IMG/VR virus record: IMGVR_UViG_2706795974_000001
Location: 1 to 64,000 of that record
Length of the DNA stretch: 64,000 nt
DNA from: a virus
Taxonomy: Duplodnaviria > Caudoviricetes
Strand: one strand, 5' to 3'
Position numbers and translations under genes: made by a program
The notes under the pieces: model-generated
Seen by the model: only the letters and a program-made list of their open reading frames with translations
The model's database searches: none
What the model was told of the DNA's origin: nothing
Part shown: in pieces, positions 56,788 to 64,000 of the stretch
How positions within the stretch are numbered: the first letter of the stretch is position 1
How the letters are laid out: every line of letters starts with the position of its first letter

Positions 56788-57303
56788 TCAGTCGTCGGTT
56801 GGTGTATCCCTAAAGGAGGTGTCCTCCTTCAGCTCTTCCTTTGATGCCCTAAGAGCTTCCATGTTAGGCACGTGAGTCTTGGTGACAATACTCGGGTCGG
56901 GGCCTTCCCATTCTCGCCGGAGTGTCTGGTGTCCACCCTCCGCCCAGCGTTCGCCCTCGCGGGTCCACAGTGTGACGTTGTCTCGGTACACGCGAGCGAA
57001 GTCTCCCGACCCGTTCTCGAATGCCTCGAGTGCCATCGCGTCACGCTGTGCACACACTGGGTACGCCTCGGCGAATGCCATGTCGAACAGTCCCTTGAGT
57101 GCGGTCAGCTCGTCCACCCTGAGTCGGGTCAGCTCTAGGCTGATCTTCCCGAACTCGTTGTTCATTGTCACCAGTACATCAGTGCCAGGCTCCATGCCTC
57201 GCGGCTTGGGCATGAGCTTGAGTACTGCGGTGAGGGTGAATGCCCTTGTCCATGCCCGGCGCGACTCACCGAAGACGCCCGGTGCGTTGCCCTTATACTT
57301 CAT
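56788..57303 (-). CDS. Hypothetical protein
   Basis: Operon fit; coding-like codons. Confidence 0.65.
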   Translation of the reverse strand: MKYKGNAPGVFGESRRAWTRAFTLTAVLKLMPKPRGMEPGTDVLVTMNNEFGKISLELTRLRVDELTALKGLFDMAFAEAYPVCAQRDAMALEAFENGSGDFARVYRDNVTLWTREGERWAEGGHQTLRREWEGPDPSIVTKTHVPNMEALRASKEELKEDTSFRDTPTDD

Positions 57304-57544
57304 TCTGGAGGTTTTGTGCCCGCCTGGCGCGCGCATTCCGCATCCTTTCAGTGCGAGACATATCGCGTGGGTAGTTGTAGTCCTTGTCCTTGCCGAGGCA
57401 ATCGTCGCACATCCACTCGACAACGCGAGACCTGAACACGGTCGAAGCGTTCCCGATGCCAGCGAACATAGCCTTCTTGCTGGTCAACTCGTCTCGGCGC
57501 TTGTCCTTGCCGCACACAGTGCAGCAGTATATCGGTTCAGCCAT
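57293..57544 (-). CDS. Small Zn-finger protein
   Basis: CCTVCG..WMCDDC. Confidence 0.7.
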   Translation of the reverse strand: MAEPIYCCTVCGKDKRRDELTSKKAMFAGIGNASTVFRSRVVEWMCDDCLGKDKDYNYPRDMSRTERMRNARARRAQNLQNEV

Positions 57545-57558
57545 TGTTCTCTTTCTAT

Positions 57559-58452
57559 CTAGAAGGGTTGAGGAAGAATGTCGTCATCGAATGATGGCCG
57601 CTCGCCAAGGACGCAGGTACGACAGCCGCCAACGACCGACAGGACCGCACGGTCGCTACTCATGGGGTCGAGTGCGGAGTAGCTCACATTGCACCAGTGG
57701 CAGTCATAGTCGAACCCGATGCCCAAGTCAATAACTCCATCCAGGGCGGCCATGTATGCGCACACCAGCGTCTCTGGTTGGAGTCTGTAGTCGCTGGGAA
57801 ACTCGCCTATGTTCAGGGCGATGGTGTCCACCACCCTGATGGGGGCTGACGGCGGTTCTGGATCGAGGAAGAACGGGCGGCACAAACCGATCACCTTGTA
57901 GGTATTGGTGTCCTCCTCGAACTTCGCACGGAAGCGTGCGTAGTGCCACACTACATCTGAATCATCGTTCAGAGTGTATGCGATCGGCCAGTCGAAGTAC
58001 GCCTCACTGATGATCGCCGCCATTAGAGTGTCAGCTATGACGCAGTCGGTTGGATTCGGAGTATCTGCTACAAAGTTTGGATCAGTGATCCGCTCACCGG
58101 CGATCTCGAAGCGGTACACAGCAACCGCTCCCGCCCCTCCGAATGCACGGGGATACATGAAAGTGCCGTACACCCGGTTTACTGCCTCGAGTGGCACATT
58201 GAACAGAACACCTTGCGCTTTGGTGTCATCGCGCCAGATTGTGATCTCACCGTCAGCCACCGCGCTGAGCCCCCGCGAGTCCACAATGGGAAACTTGCCC
58301 GAAGTCATACTGACTTTCGAGGAATAAAAGCCCCCGTGCATCGTCAGGTAGTTAGCCATGTTAGAGGGGTTGCGGTAGTGCCCCTCTTCCTCGGGCTTGA
58401 ATAGTGGCTCCTCAAGCTGGGCCAGTGCTTTCTTCAGGCCAATCACAGACAT
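57559..58452 (-). CDS. Hypothetical protein with C-terminal CxxC pairs
   Basis: GGGAGG RBS; DCHWC..GCRTC. Confidence 0.7.
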   Translation of the reverse strand: MSVIGLKKALAQLEEPLFKPEEEGHYRNPSNMANYLTMHGGFYSSKVSMTSGKFPIVDSRGLSAVADGEITIWRDDTKAQGVLFNVPLEAVNRVYGTFMYPRAFGGAGAVAVYRFEIAGERITDPNFVADTPNPTDCVIADTLMAAIISEAYFDWPIAYTLNDDSDVVWHYARFRAKFEEDTNTYKVIGLCRPFFLDPEPPSAPIRVVDTIALNIGEFPSDYRLQPETLVCAYMAALDGVIDLGIGFDYDCHWCNVSYSALDPMSSDRAVLSVVGGCRTCVLGERPSFDDDILPQPF

Positions 58453-58888
58453 GTTCATCCCTCCCTTCGATGTACTTGGTGAGACTCCCGCTGAGGGGCG
58501 GGTTAATCTTGTCAGCGTGCCGCCTGAGTTCATCACGACTCAGCATCCCAAGATCGGCGAATACTCTTATTGCCCTGGCCTCGGGGATACTGGATTGCGG
58601 AATCTTGCGGCGGCGTCGCCGCGACTTGCCCTGCCCTGCAGAACCCCATAGTTCTGATTGTACAGGTTCGACAGCTCGAACAACAGGTTCAGTTGCTTCG
58701 TCTTTTTCCGGGACGGTTTCTCCGGCTTCCTGGGCGGCAGTCGCTTGAGCTGGCGCTACTTTTCCTGCCTTCTTTGCTCGGCGGCTTCCTGCAGCTGCTT
58801 TCTTTTTGGCCTTCGGCTTTGCCACCCCATCGCATTCGCAGGGCGCCGCCTCGCAGAACATGCACAGCTCTGGTCCCTTCTTCGCCAA
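58412..58888 (-). CDS. Basic hypothetical protein
   Basis: CMFCEAAPCEC N-terminus followed by a Lys/Ala-rich region. Confidence 0.7.
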   Translation of the reverse strand: MAKKGPELCMFCEAAPCECDGVAKPKAKKKAAAGSRRAKKAGKVAPAQATAAQEAGETVPEKDEATEPVVRAVEPVQSELWGSAGQGKSRRRRRKIPQSSIPEARAIRVFADLGMLSRDELRRHADKINPPLSGSLTKYIEGRDEHVCDWPEESTGPA

Positions 58889-58890
58889 GG

Positions 58891-59136
58891 TTAACCTTCC
58901 ATCATCCTTGCGGAGTAGAAGCCGCTGGCGTAGGTGGCGAGCCCGATCCCCTCTGCGTAAGTACCTCCAACCAGTGCGGCGCGGTAGGCCTCCGCCTTGT
59001 TGAAGGGCGATGCCAGCCGCAGTGAGATGGACATGCAGGCAACGACGTCACTCTCATCAGCAGCGCCCGCTGCGATCAGCCACTTGTGAACAGCAGCTGT
59101 TGCGTCTGACTCCAACTGCTCGAGGTTCTCGCTCAA
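58891..59136 (-). CDS. Hypothetical protein
   Basis: AAGGAG RBS downstream of a promoter. Confidence 0.7.
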   Translation of the reverse strand: MSENLEQLESDATAAVHKWLIAAGAADESDVVACMSISLRLASPFNKAEAYRAALVGGTYAEGIGLATYASGFYSARMMEG

Positions 59137-59164
59137 ATGTATGCTCCTTTGTTTGTGTCAGCTA

Positions 59165-59193
59165 ATAGTACCACATGCACGGGTAAATGTCAA
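59165..59193 (-). promoter_or_regulatory. SigA promoter (extended -10)
   Basis: TTGACA-17 bp-TACTAT with ATGTGG immediately upstream of the -10 box. Confidence 0.85.
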
Positions 59194-59196
59194 ACG

Positions 59197-59934
59197 CTAG
59201 AGCTTGGCGACTTCGTGTTCGTACTGTTCTTCGCTGATCTTCAACATGCCGATGATGGCACCGGCGGGTATGTTCTTGCGGACCATGTTGACCAGGTGCG
59301 TGCGCTCGTCGTCGGTGAGGGCCTTGTACTTCCCCGTCTTGGGGTTGTCGCTGGGGGAGGATGACACGACCCCAGTCGGGCTAACCTTCTTCGGCTTGCC
59401 CACCTCCCTGGACGGCAGAGGCATTGGATTGTATCCCTTGCAGCCCGGGGTGTCCATGAACTCGATGTCACCAGTGTTCATGCGGTAACGCTTGAGCGCC
59501 CACTTGCTCACGGCAGTGACGTCCTCGAAGTGCGGAACACTCAGCAGGTGAATGGCGTGGGCCAGCCCCTGCGCCTGACCCTGCAGCTTGAAGTAACCCT
59601 CGAGCTCGGGCTCGGTCATCTCGTCGTTCTTGAATCGTGGCCGCTGCTCCATGATGGACTTCGTCACCCTGTCCAGCTGGTCCCAGATCTTCTCGATGAT
59701 GCTAGCTCCCGCAGGCATGAGCCTCCCTTCGTCGTCGAGGATTCTTCGAACCTCTGTGTATGGGCATGTGCCGTTATCGTGATGGCGCTCGCGCTCTGCC
59801 TGTGCGCCTGCATTGCTTCGGTGGTAGGTGACCCAGGTGCAGCCATGAGCACCACACTCGAACGTCCAGTCGAGGTGGTGCTCATGGTCTGGCTGGTTCA
59901 CCGTGGGGAATATCTCCGGCCAGGTGGGGTACAT
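59197..59934 (-). CDS. Hypothetical protein with a C-terminal HTH-like segment
   Basis: N-terminal CGAHGC..HHDNGTC; C-terminal IPAGAIIGMLKISEE. Confidence 0.7.
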   Translation of the reverse strand: MYPTWPEIFPTVNQPDHEHHLDWTFECGAHGCTWVTYHRSNAGAQAERERHHDNGTCPYTEVRRILDDEGRLMPAGASIIEKIWDQLDRVTKSIMEQRPRFKNDEMTEPELEGYFKLQGQAQGLAHAIHLLSVPHFEDVTAVSKWALKRYRMNTGDIEFMDTPGCKGYNPMPLPSREVGKPKKVSPTGVVSSSPSDNPKTGKYKALTDDERTHLVNMVRKNIPAGAIIGMLKISEEQYEHEVAKL

Positions 59935-60128
59935 CAGAACTCCGTTGCCTCCACGATCTCTTCCTCTTCGGGAAGGAGTGGGACCTCTAGCTCGTCCCAG
60001 ATCGGGATGAGCCTTGATCGTATCCGGTAAGCGAGCTCGTCCATGTCGGAGTCGGGGTAGGTGTAGTACCCCAGCTCCTCAGGACCTGCGTAGTACGGGG
60101 GCCCCTGCATCAGGCGTCCAACGTCCAC
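59934..60128 (-). CDS. Hypothetical protein
   Basis: TGATG coupling with the next gene. Confidence 0.6.
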   Translation of the reverse strand: MDVGRLMQGPPYYAGPEELGYYTYPDSDMDELAYRIRSRLIPIWDELEVPLLPEEEEIVEATEF

Positions 60129-60343
60129 ACCCGGAAGGCCTGCTCCCAGGCCGCAGGCACTCGGAAACCACCGACCGTGTTGAACACGAGTCTATTGCCC
60201 TCCATGATGAACACCGACTCGACAATGTCCTTGATGAACTTGCCCTGGTACTGGAACTCGATCTTCGTTCCGGGCAGGACACGACGTGCCTTCCGGGTGC
60301 CACTGAAGCTGTACTTCTTGGGTGCGAGCGCTGTCATTTGCAA
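60110..60343 (-). CDS. Hypothetical protein
   Basis: GGAGG RBS upstream; biased codons. Confidence 0.65.
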   Translation of the reverse strand: MQMTALAPKKYSFSGTRKARRVLPGTKIEFQYQGKFIKDIVESVFIMEGNRLVFNTVGGFRVPAAWEQAFRVWTLDA

Positions 60344-60369
60344 GGGGTTACCTCCTGGTGTTGTTGGGA

Positions 60370-60774
60370 TCAGTAGCAGCCGGCGCTGCTGTAGTAGTCG
60401 CTGTTGTCCTCGGCCTCGGAGACCTTGCGACCGTTGAGGAAGATGGCACAGTTGACGTAGCCGCCATCATTGTCGGTGACCCAGGCGTGGATGTAGCTTC
60501 CGTACTCGTCATAGACTCGGTAGTCATTCGAGATGCAGTGCACGTTCCCGTCCTGGGAGACATGACCTCGGACGAAGCGGACGTTGGTCTTGCTGACGCT
60601 GTTGCCGTAGCTGTTGGTGTAGTCAATATCCACTGTCGCTCCATTGTTCGAGCACATCCAGATACGCACGTCATCGTACTGGTCGGCCGATACTGCCTGC
60701 GCAGGGGCGGCGATGATGCCTGCGGCTGCGACGGTTGCGCCCAGGGCGGTGGCGATCTTGGCGGTGATGTTCAT
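60370..60774 (-). CDS. Secreted protein (Sec signal peptide)
   Basis: MNITAKIATALGATVAAAGIIAAPAQA; beta-rich mature domain with paired Cys. Confidence 0.75.
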   Translation of the reverse strand: MNITAKIATALGATVAAAGIIAAPAQAVSADQYDDVRIWMCSNNGATVDIDYTNSYGNSVSKTNVRFVRGHVSQDGNVHCISNDYRVYDEYGSYIHAWVTDNDGGYVNCAIFLNGRKVSEAEDNSDYYSSAGCY

Positions 60775-60775
60775 G

Positions 60776-61099
60776 TCAGTTCTCCTCGGGGGTCTCGGTC
60801 TCGACGGGTGCGGTGGGCTCGGGCTCGGGGGTCTCGGTCACGACGACCTCCACCTCCTCGGTCTCGACAACCGTCTCCACCACGGTCTCGGGTGCAGCGG
60901 GGGAGCCGGGGTCCTTGGCGACCGGGCCACCGACCTGCTCGACCTTCGGCGGACAGGGTGCGAACTGTCCCGGTCCGATCTCGATTGCGCAGGGCATGGG
61001 CACCTTGGCCGGTGCGTGCGTGGGCTGTGCGATGGCAACAGCGGGCGCTCCGAGCGCGATGCCCAGTGCCGCTGCGAGTGCGATCTTCTTGATGTTCAT
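60776..61099 (-). CDS. Secreted protein with a Pro/Thr/Glu-rich tail
   Basis: MNIKKIALAAALGIALGAPAVAIA signal peptide; AAGGAG RBS. Confidence 0.75.
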   Translation of the reverse strand: MNIKKIALAAALGIALGAPAVAIAQPTHAPAKVPMPCAIEIGPGQFAPCPPKVEQVGGPVAKDPGSPAAPETVVETVVETEEVEVVVTETPEPEPTAPVETETPEEN

Positions 61100-61152
61100 A
61101 CGGTACTCCTTCGGTTGTCGGTTGAGATATAACTGGTACTACCTTGGGTCCG

Positions 61153-61195
61153 AATGTAAGCCCGAGCCAAGATCCATTTGGCTCGGGCCTACATT
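61153..61195 (-). terminator. 18-bp hairpin between gene blocks
   Basis: On the minus strand AATGTAGGCCCGAGCCAA-N7-TTGGCTCGGGCTTACATT, with one G.U pair. Confidence 0.6.
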
Positions 61196-61248
61196 ACTCT
61201 GCCCCGAATGCCTGGCAGTTGTCCCGTGGAGGACCAGGCATTACCGAG

Positions 61249-61674
61249 TCAGTCTTCGTCGCCCTCGCTGGTGGCGTCGGACTCGCGCTTCGAAGGCGGG
61301 TCCGCATGGAAGTGCGACAGCGGGGCGTGGTCGATCTCGTCGTGGAAAGCCAGCGCATTCTCCGGCGACATCTGGTTGATATCTGCCAGCGCGTAGCCGT
61401 GGCGATCCACGAGGTGACGCTTCACCGTGTCGAGGTTGACGAGGTTCAGGCGACGCGCCTTCATCTCGGGCTCGGTCTCGAGGGCGATGCGGATGTCTGC
61501 GATGTTCGCCTTGGTGATGAGGGTAAGGGAAGCGCGACCCTTCTCCTTGAAGGCGATAGCCTCGGGCGAGGCGCTGGCGACGGTGCCGACGACGTACTCG
61601 TCGGACTCGGTGGTCTTTAGCTCGACCCGCTTCTCGGCGTAGTCGGTCAATGCGAGCTCGGTGGCCGCGGTCAT
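61249..61674 (-). CDS. Hypothetical protein
   Basis: AGGAGG RBS; strong codon bias. Confidence 0.8.
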   Translation of the reverse strand: MTAATELALTDYAEKRVELKTTESDEYVVGTVASASPEAIAFKEKGRASLTLITKANIADIRIALETEPEMKARRLNLVNLDTVKRHLVDRHGYALADINQMSPENALAFHDEIDHAPLSHFHADPPSKRESDATSEGDED

Positions 61675-61733
61675 GGTGTCCTCCTGGGTGGTGTTTGCGG
61701 TGGTCAGGGTGGTGGTCCGCCCGGTATGTGTTC

Positions 61734-61763
61734 ATAGTACCACATAACGGACGGACCACACAA
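61734..61763 (-). promoter_or_regulatory. SigA-type promoter (extended -10)
   Basis: TTGTGT-18 bp-TACTAT with the same ATGTGG element as the promoter at 59165. Confidence 0.65.
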
Positions 61764-61795
61764 CCCGTCCCCCGGGGACTTTCGGCTGGGCGAAC

Positions 61796-62359
61796 TCACC
61801 CGGCGCGCAGGACCTGCAAGGTCTCGAGTCCGCCGACCCCCATGAACTTGATGAGCTCCGACCACTCCACCGGGTCGTACCTGGCGGAAGACCCCGAGCT
61901 CAGGTGCCACCGGAGGTGGACCTCTGTCTCTCCGGGGCACGATGTGTCCCCGCAATTCGGAGTACCCTGCACCTGTCGAGTCTCGGGGATGCCGATGGCG
62001 GCGTAGTGGTATGCCTTGTCTGGCGTACTGCGCCATGTCTTGCGAAAGGCGATGACCGGAGGCTCGCCGTCCGCGGTGAGCGCAGGCTCCATATGCAGCA
62101 TCCGCTCTGTCAGCGACTCCTGCACAAGTTCGACGGTGACCTCCGCCTCCTCGAGTCGGCGCTCAACATCACGCTTCTCCTCGAGTGCCTGCGCCAGCAG
62201 ACCAGCAAGCTCGCTGATCCCCATCTCTCGAGGCGGCGGGTTCAGTCCGCCCTTGAGCTCGAGCTTGCGGAGCTTGGACTCGCGGCACTTGGCCCGAGCT
62301 GCGCCGGTGTTCTCATGCCTGCAGTCCCGGTGACTGAAGCGAAGATTGCTGTCTGTCAT
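61796..62359 (-). CDS. Hypothetical protein
   Basis: GGAGG RBS; HRDCRH..CR motif and a coiled-coil. Confidence 0.75.
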   Translation of the reverse strand: MTDSNLRFSHRDCRHENTGAARAKCRESKLRKLELKGGLNPPPREMGISELAGLLAQALEEKRDVERRLEEAEVTVELVQESLTERMLHMEPALTADGEPPVIAFRKTWRSTPDKAYHYAAIGIPETRQVQGTPNCGDTSCPGETEVHLRWHLSSGSSARYDPVEWSELIKFMGVGGLETLQVLRAG

Positions 62360-62362
62360 GTG

Positions 62363-62602
62363 TTACCTCCTGGTAGTTCTGATTCGTTCGTCCAGCAGCC
62401 TTATCTTCAGGCCGATGTACTCATGGTCGGGCACCTCTTCGTACCGACCAGTCTCGGGATTCTTCCGCTCGATGGTGGTGAAGATGTTGGCACGGTCGAT
62501 CTCGTTCATCGCCCGCACTGCATCTTCGAGTGTCGCCCAGGTGTTGGGGGTCACCAGCTTGTAGGGTGTGTGCAGGATGGCACACCGAAATGACTCAGCC
62601 AT
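62363..62602 (-). CDS. Hypothetical protein
   Basis: Operon fit. Confidence 0.7.
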   Translation of the reverse strand: MAESFRCAILHTPYKLVTPNTWATLEDAVRAMNEIDRANIFTTIERKNPETGRYEEVPDHEYIGLKIRLLDERIRTTRR

Positions 62603-62843
62603 CCTTCTTGCCCTTCCCCTTGTCCTCGGATGGGGTGCGCCCGGTGATGCTTTCGAGCATCCGCTCGGCCTCCGCAGCGCGCTCGGCTGCGGTCTTCAGT
62701 TTGTACATCTTGGATACAGCCTCGGCCGCGATCACTAACACCTCACTGGCCTGCAGGTCCTGGTTCGAGAACATCTCCACCCGGTATTCCCGCTCGATCT
62801 CATCCTGGTTGCTGTCGTCTTCGATCTCGATGCTGACTCTCAC
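62595..62843 (-). CDS. Hypothetical protein
   Basis: GTGA overlap; GGAGG RBS. Confidence 0.7.
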   Translation of the reverse strand: MRVSIEIEDDSNQDEIEREYRVEMFSNQDLQASEVLVIAAEAVSKMYKLKTAAERAAEAERMLESITGRTPSEDKGKGKKDG

Positions 62844-63130
62844 GACTTGAAACCTCCATCCTTCATTACCTGTAGTCGAATCTTGCCCAGCTCTTGACGG
62901 GTTACGCCGCCCTTGATCTGGTACCCCTTTGGGTAATTGTACCTGCGCCGTTTAACGTAACCAGTGCCACGCTCAATCAGTGCTGTACGCCGCACACCGC
63001 AACGGTCGCAGAGCAGGGTCTCCCAGTATCCCTCTGTGGTGAACACGATGTCACCAACTGCATCCCAGTCGTGACCGTAGATGCGGCAGCGCAGGTGCGC
63101 GGGATTAACGTCAGGCCCCTTTTGGTTCAT
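62840..63130 (-). CDS. Small Cys/His protein
   Basis: HLRCRIYGHDW..LLCDRCG; ATGA overlap. Confidence 0.7.
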   Translation of the reverse strand: MNQKGPDVNPAHLRCRIYGHDWDAVGDIVFTTEGYWETLLCDRCGVRRTALIERGTGYVKRRRYNYPKGYQIKGGVTRQELGKIRLQVMKDGGFKS

Positions 63131-64000
63131 CGCAACCTCTTTCCCAGATGCTCAACCACCTTTCGGTAGTCCTTGGGGCTATTCACCTGGCAGGTGTCAA
63201 ACCCATACTCCGTAGGCGAGTCAACGCCCATGCCTACTGCCATCAGCGTGATGCGGTTCTTCGCGCAGTATGCGATCTCCGACTTAAGAACCTCGAGCTC
63301 CTCGTCGTAATTGGTGGCAGGCATCGCACCGTCTGTGTAGTACATCAAGATGCGATCCGTTGCCCGCATTGCTTCGAGTCGCTTGCGGTAGAACTGCAGG
63401 CTGTGTCCGTCCAGGTTGCCGCCACCCGAACCGAGTCGGCGCAGCGTGTCCCGCTGCTTGTCGCCCCATGTCTCGTCGGCTGTCTTGATTTGGTACATCT
63501 CGGGGTACAGCTTGTAGCCGCTGGCGTACCCGGTGGTGTGCGCCCAGACCTCGAACTTGATACCGAGTCGCCCGAGCACATCGGCCATTGCCAGTGCTGC
63601 GAACTTCTCTTCCTCCAGTGTCGAGCCCGTGGTCGAACCGCTGATGTCGATGCCGATGACCACAGCGTAATCCCGCTTGTCCGGCGTGATCTTCTTGCCG
63701 AAGATGCGGTCATCACCAAACGGCACACGCTTTGCGATGGTCTTGCCCACGAGCCTACCGCTGCGCTGGTTGCGCATACGCTGGGTGCGTGCGTTCTCAC
63801 CGAACGCAACACGTGCCGCCGACAGTGCCGGCACAAGGTTGCGCTCGTCAGACTTGAAGCGATCACGCTCGATTGTTCCGCGATAGCTGTTCGATGACTC
63901 GCCACCGCCGGGCGGTATGATACGAGGCGGAGCCACGTTCACAGGCACACGGTCGAGATGCTTCAGTGCCTCCAGCGCCTCGGCAATGTCCTCGGGGCGC
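63127..64000 (-). CDS. von Willebrand factor A (CobT-like) domain protein, 5' end beyond the window
   Basis: MIDAS motif VIGIDISGS, GGNLDG and YYTDGAMP; the frame stays open to the window edge. Confidence 0.8.
   Translation of the reverse strand, partial: RPEDIAEALEALKHLDRVPVNVAPPRIIPPGGGESSNSYRGTIERDRFKSDERNLVPALSAARVAFGENARTQRMRNQRSGRLVGKTIAKRVPFGDDRIFGKKITPDKRDYAVVIGIDISGSTTGSTLEEEKFAALAMADVLGRLGIKFEVWAHTTGYASGYKLYPEMYQIKTADETWGDKQRDTLRRLGSGGGNLDGHSLQFYRKRLEAMRATDRILMYYTDGAMPATNYDEELEVLKSEIAYCAKNRITLMAVGMGVDSPTEYGFDTCQVNSPKDYRKVVEHLGKRLR

Overview
This window is a 64 kb section of a long-tailed actinobacteriophage (siphovirus) genome. It is GC-rich, and the lysin C-terminal motifs, WhiB and SigA-type promoters point to a Gordonia/mycolata-type host (inference). 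Layout: (1) 1-860 is a non-coding left region with a phased palindromic repeat array and an AT-rich tract. (2) 863-4782 is a leftward replication operon with a Zn-finger/DUF3987-type helicase and a separate AEP primase. (3) 4922-43816 is a rightward virion and lysis arm: TerS-like gene, TerL, Mu-gp29-like portal with a LAGLIDADG intein, beta-helix fibre/depolymerase, protease, decoration protein, capsid, neck, tail tube, tRNA-Asn, frameshifted tail chaperones, 3322-aa tape measure, minor tail proteins, split lysins and several membrane proteins. (4) 43813-64000 is a leftward early/middle arm: Cas4/RecB-like nuclease, WhiB, DNA MTase, MazG-like, RusA, DUF4406, beta clamp, oligoribonuclease, SNF2 helicase, SSB-like protein, secreted proteins and a vWA protein cut by the window edge. 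The main hidden signal is a complete WhiB domain that is missing from the ORF track because its frame has no start codon. It is joined to the upstream ORF by a canonical -1 slippery heptamer (C CCT TTA), so it may be a recoding-controlled transcription factor; a sequencing indel is the alternative. Also notable: the portal intein, a SigA promoter whose -35 box is the loop of an 18-bp inverted repeat, and a hairpin+tRNA unit inside the late operon. No integrase, DNA polymerase, lysin B or CRISPR array was recognised in the window. All product calls come from motifs read by eye; no database searches were run.
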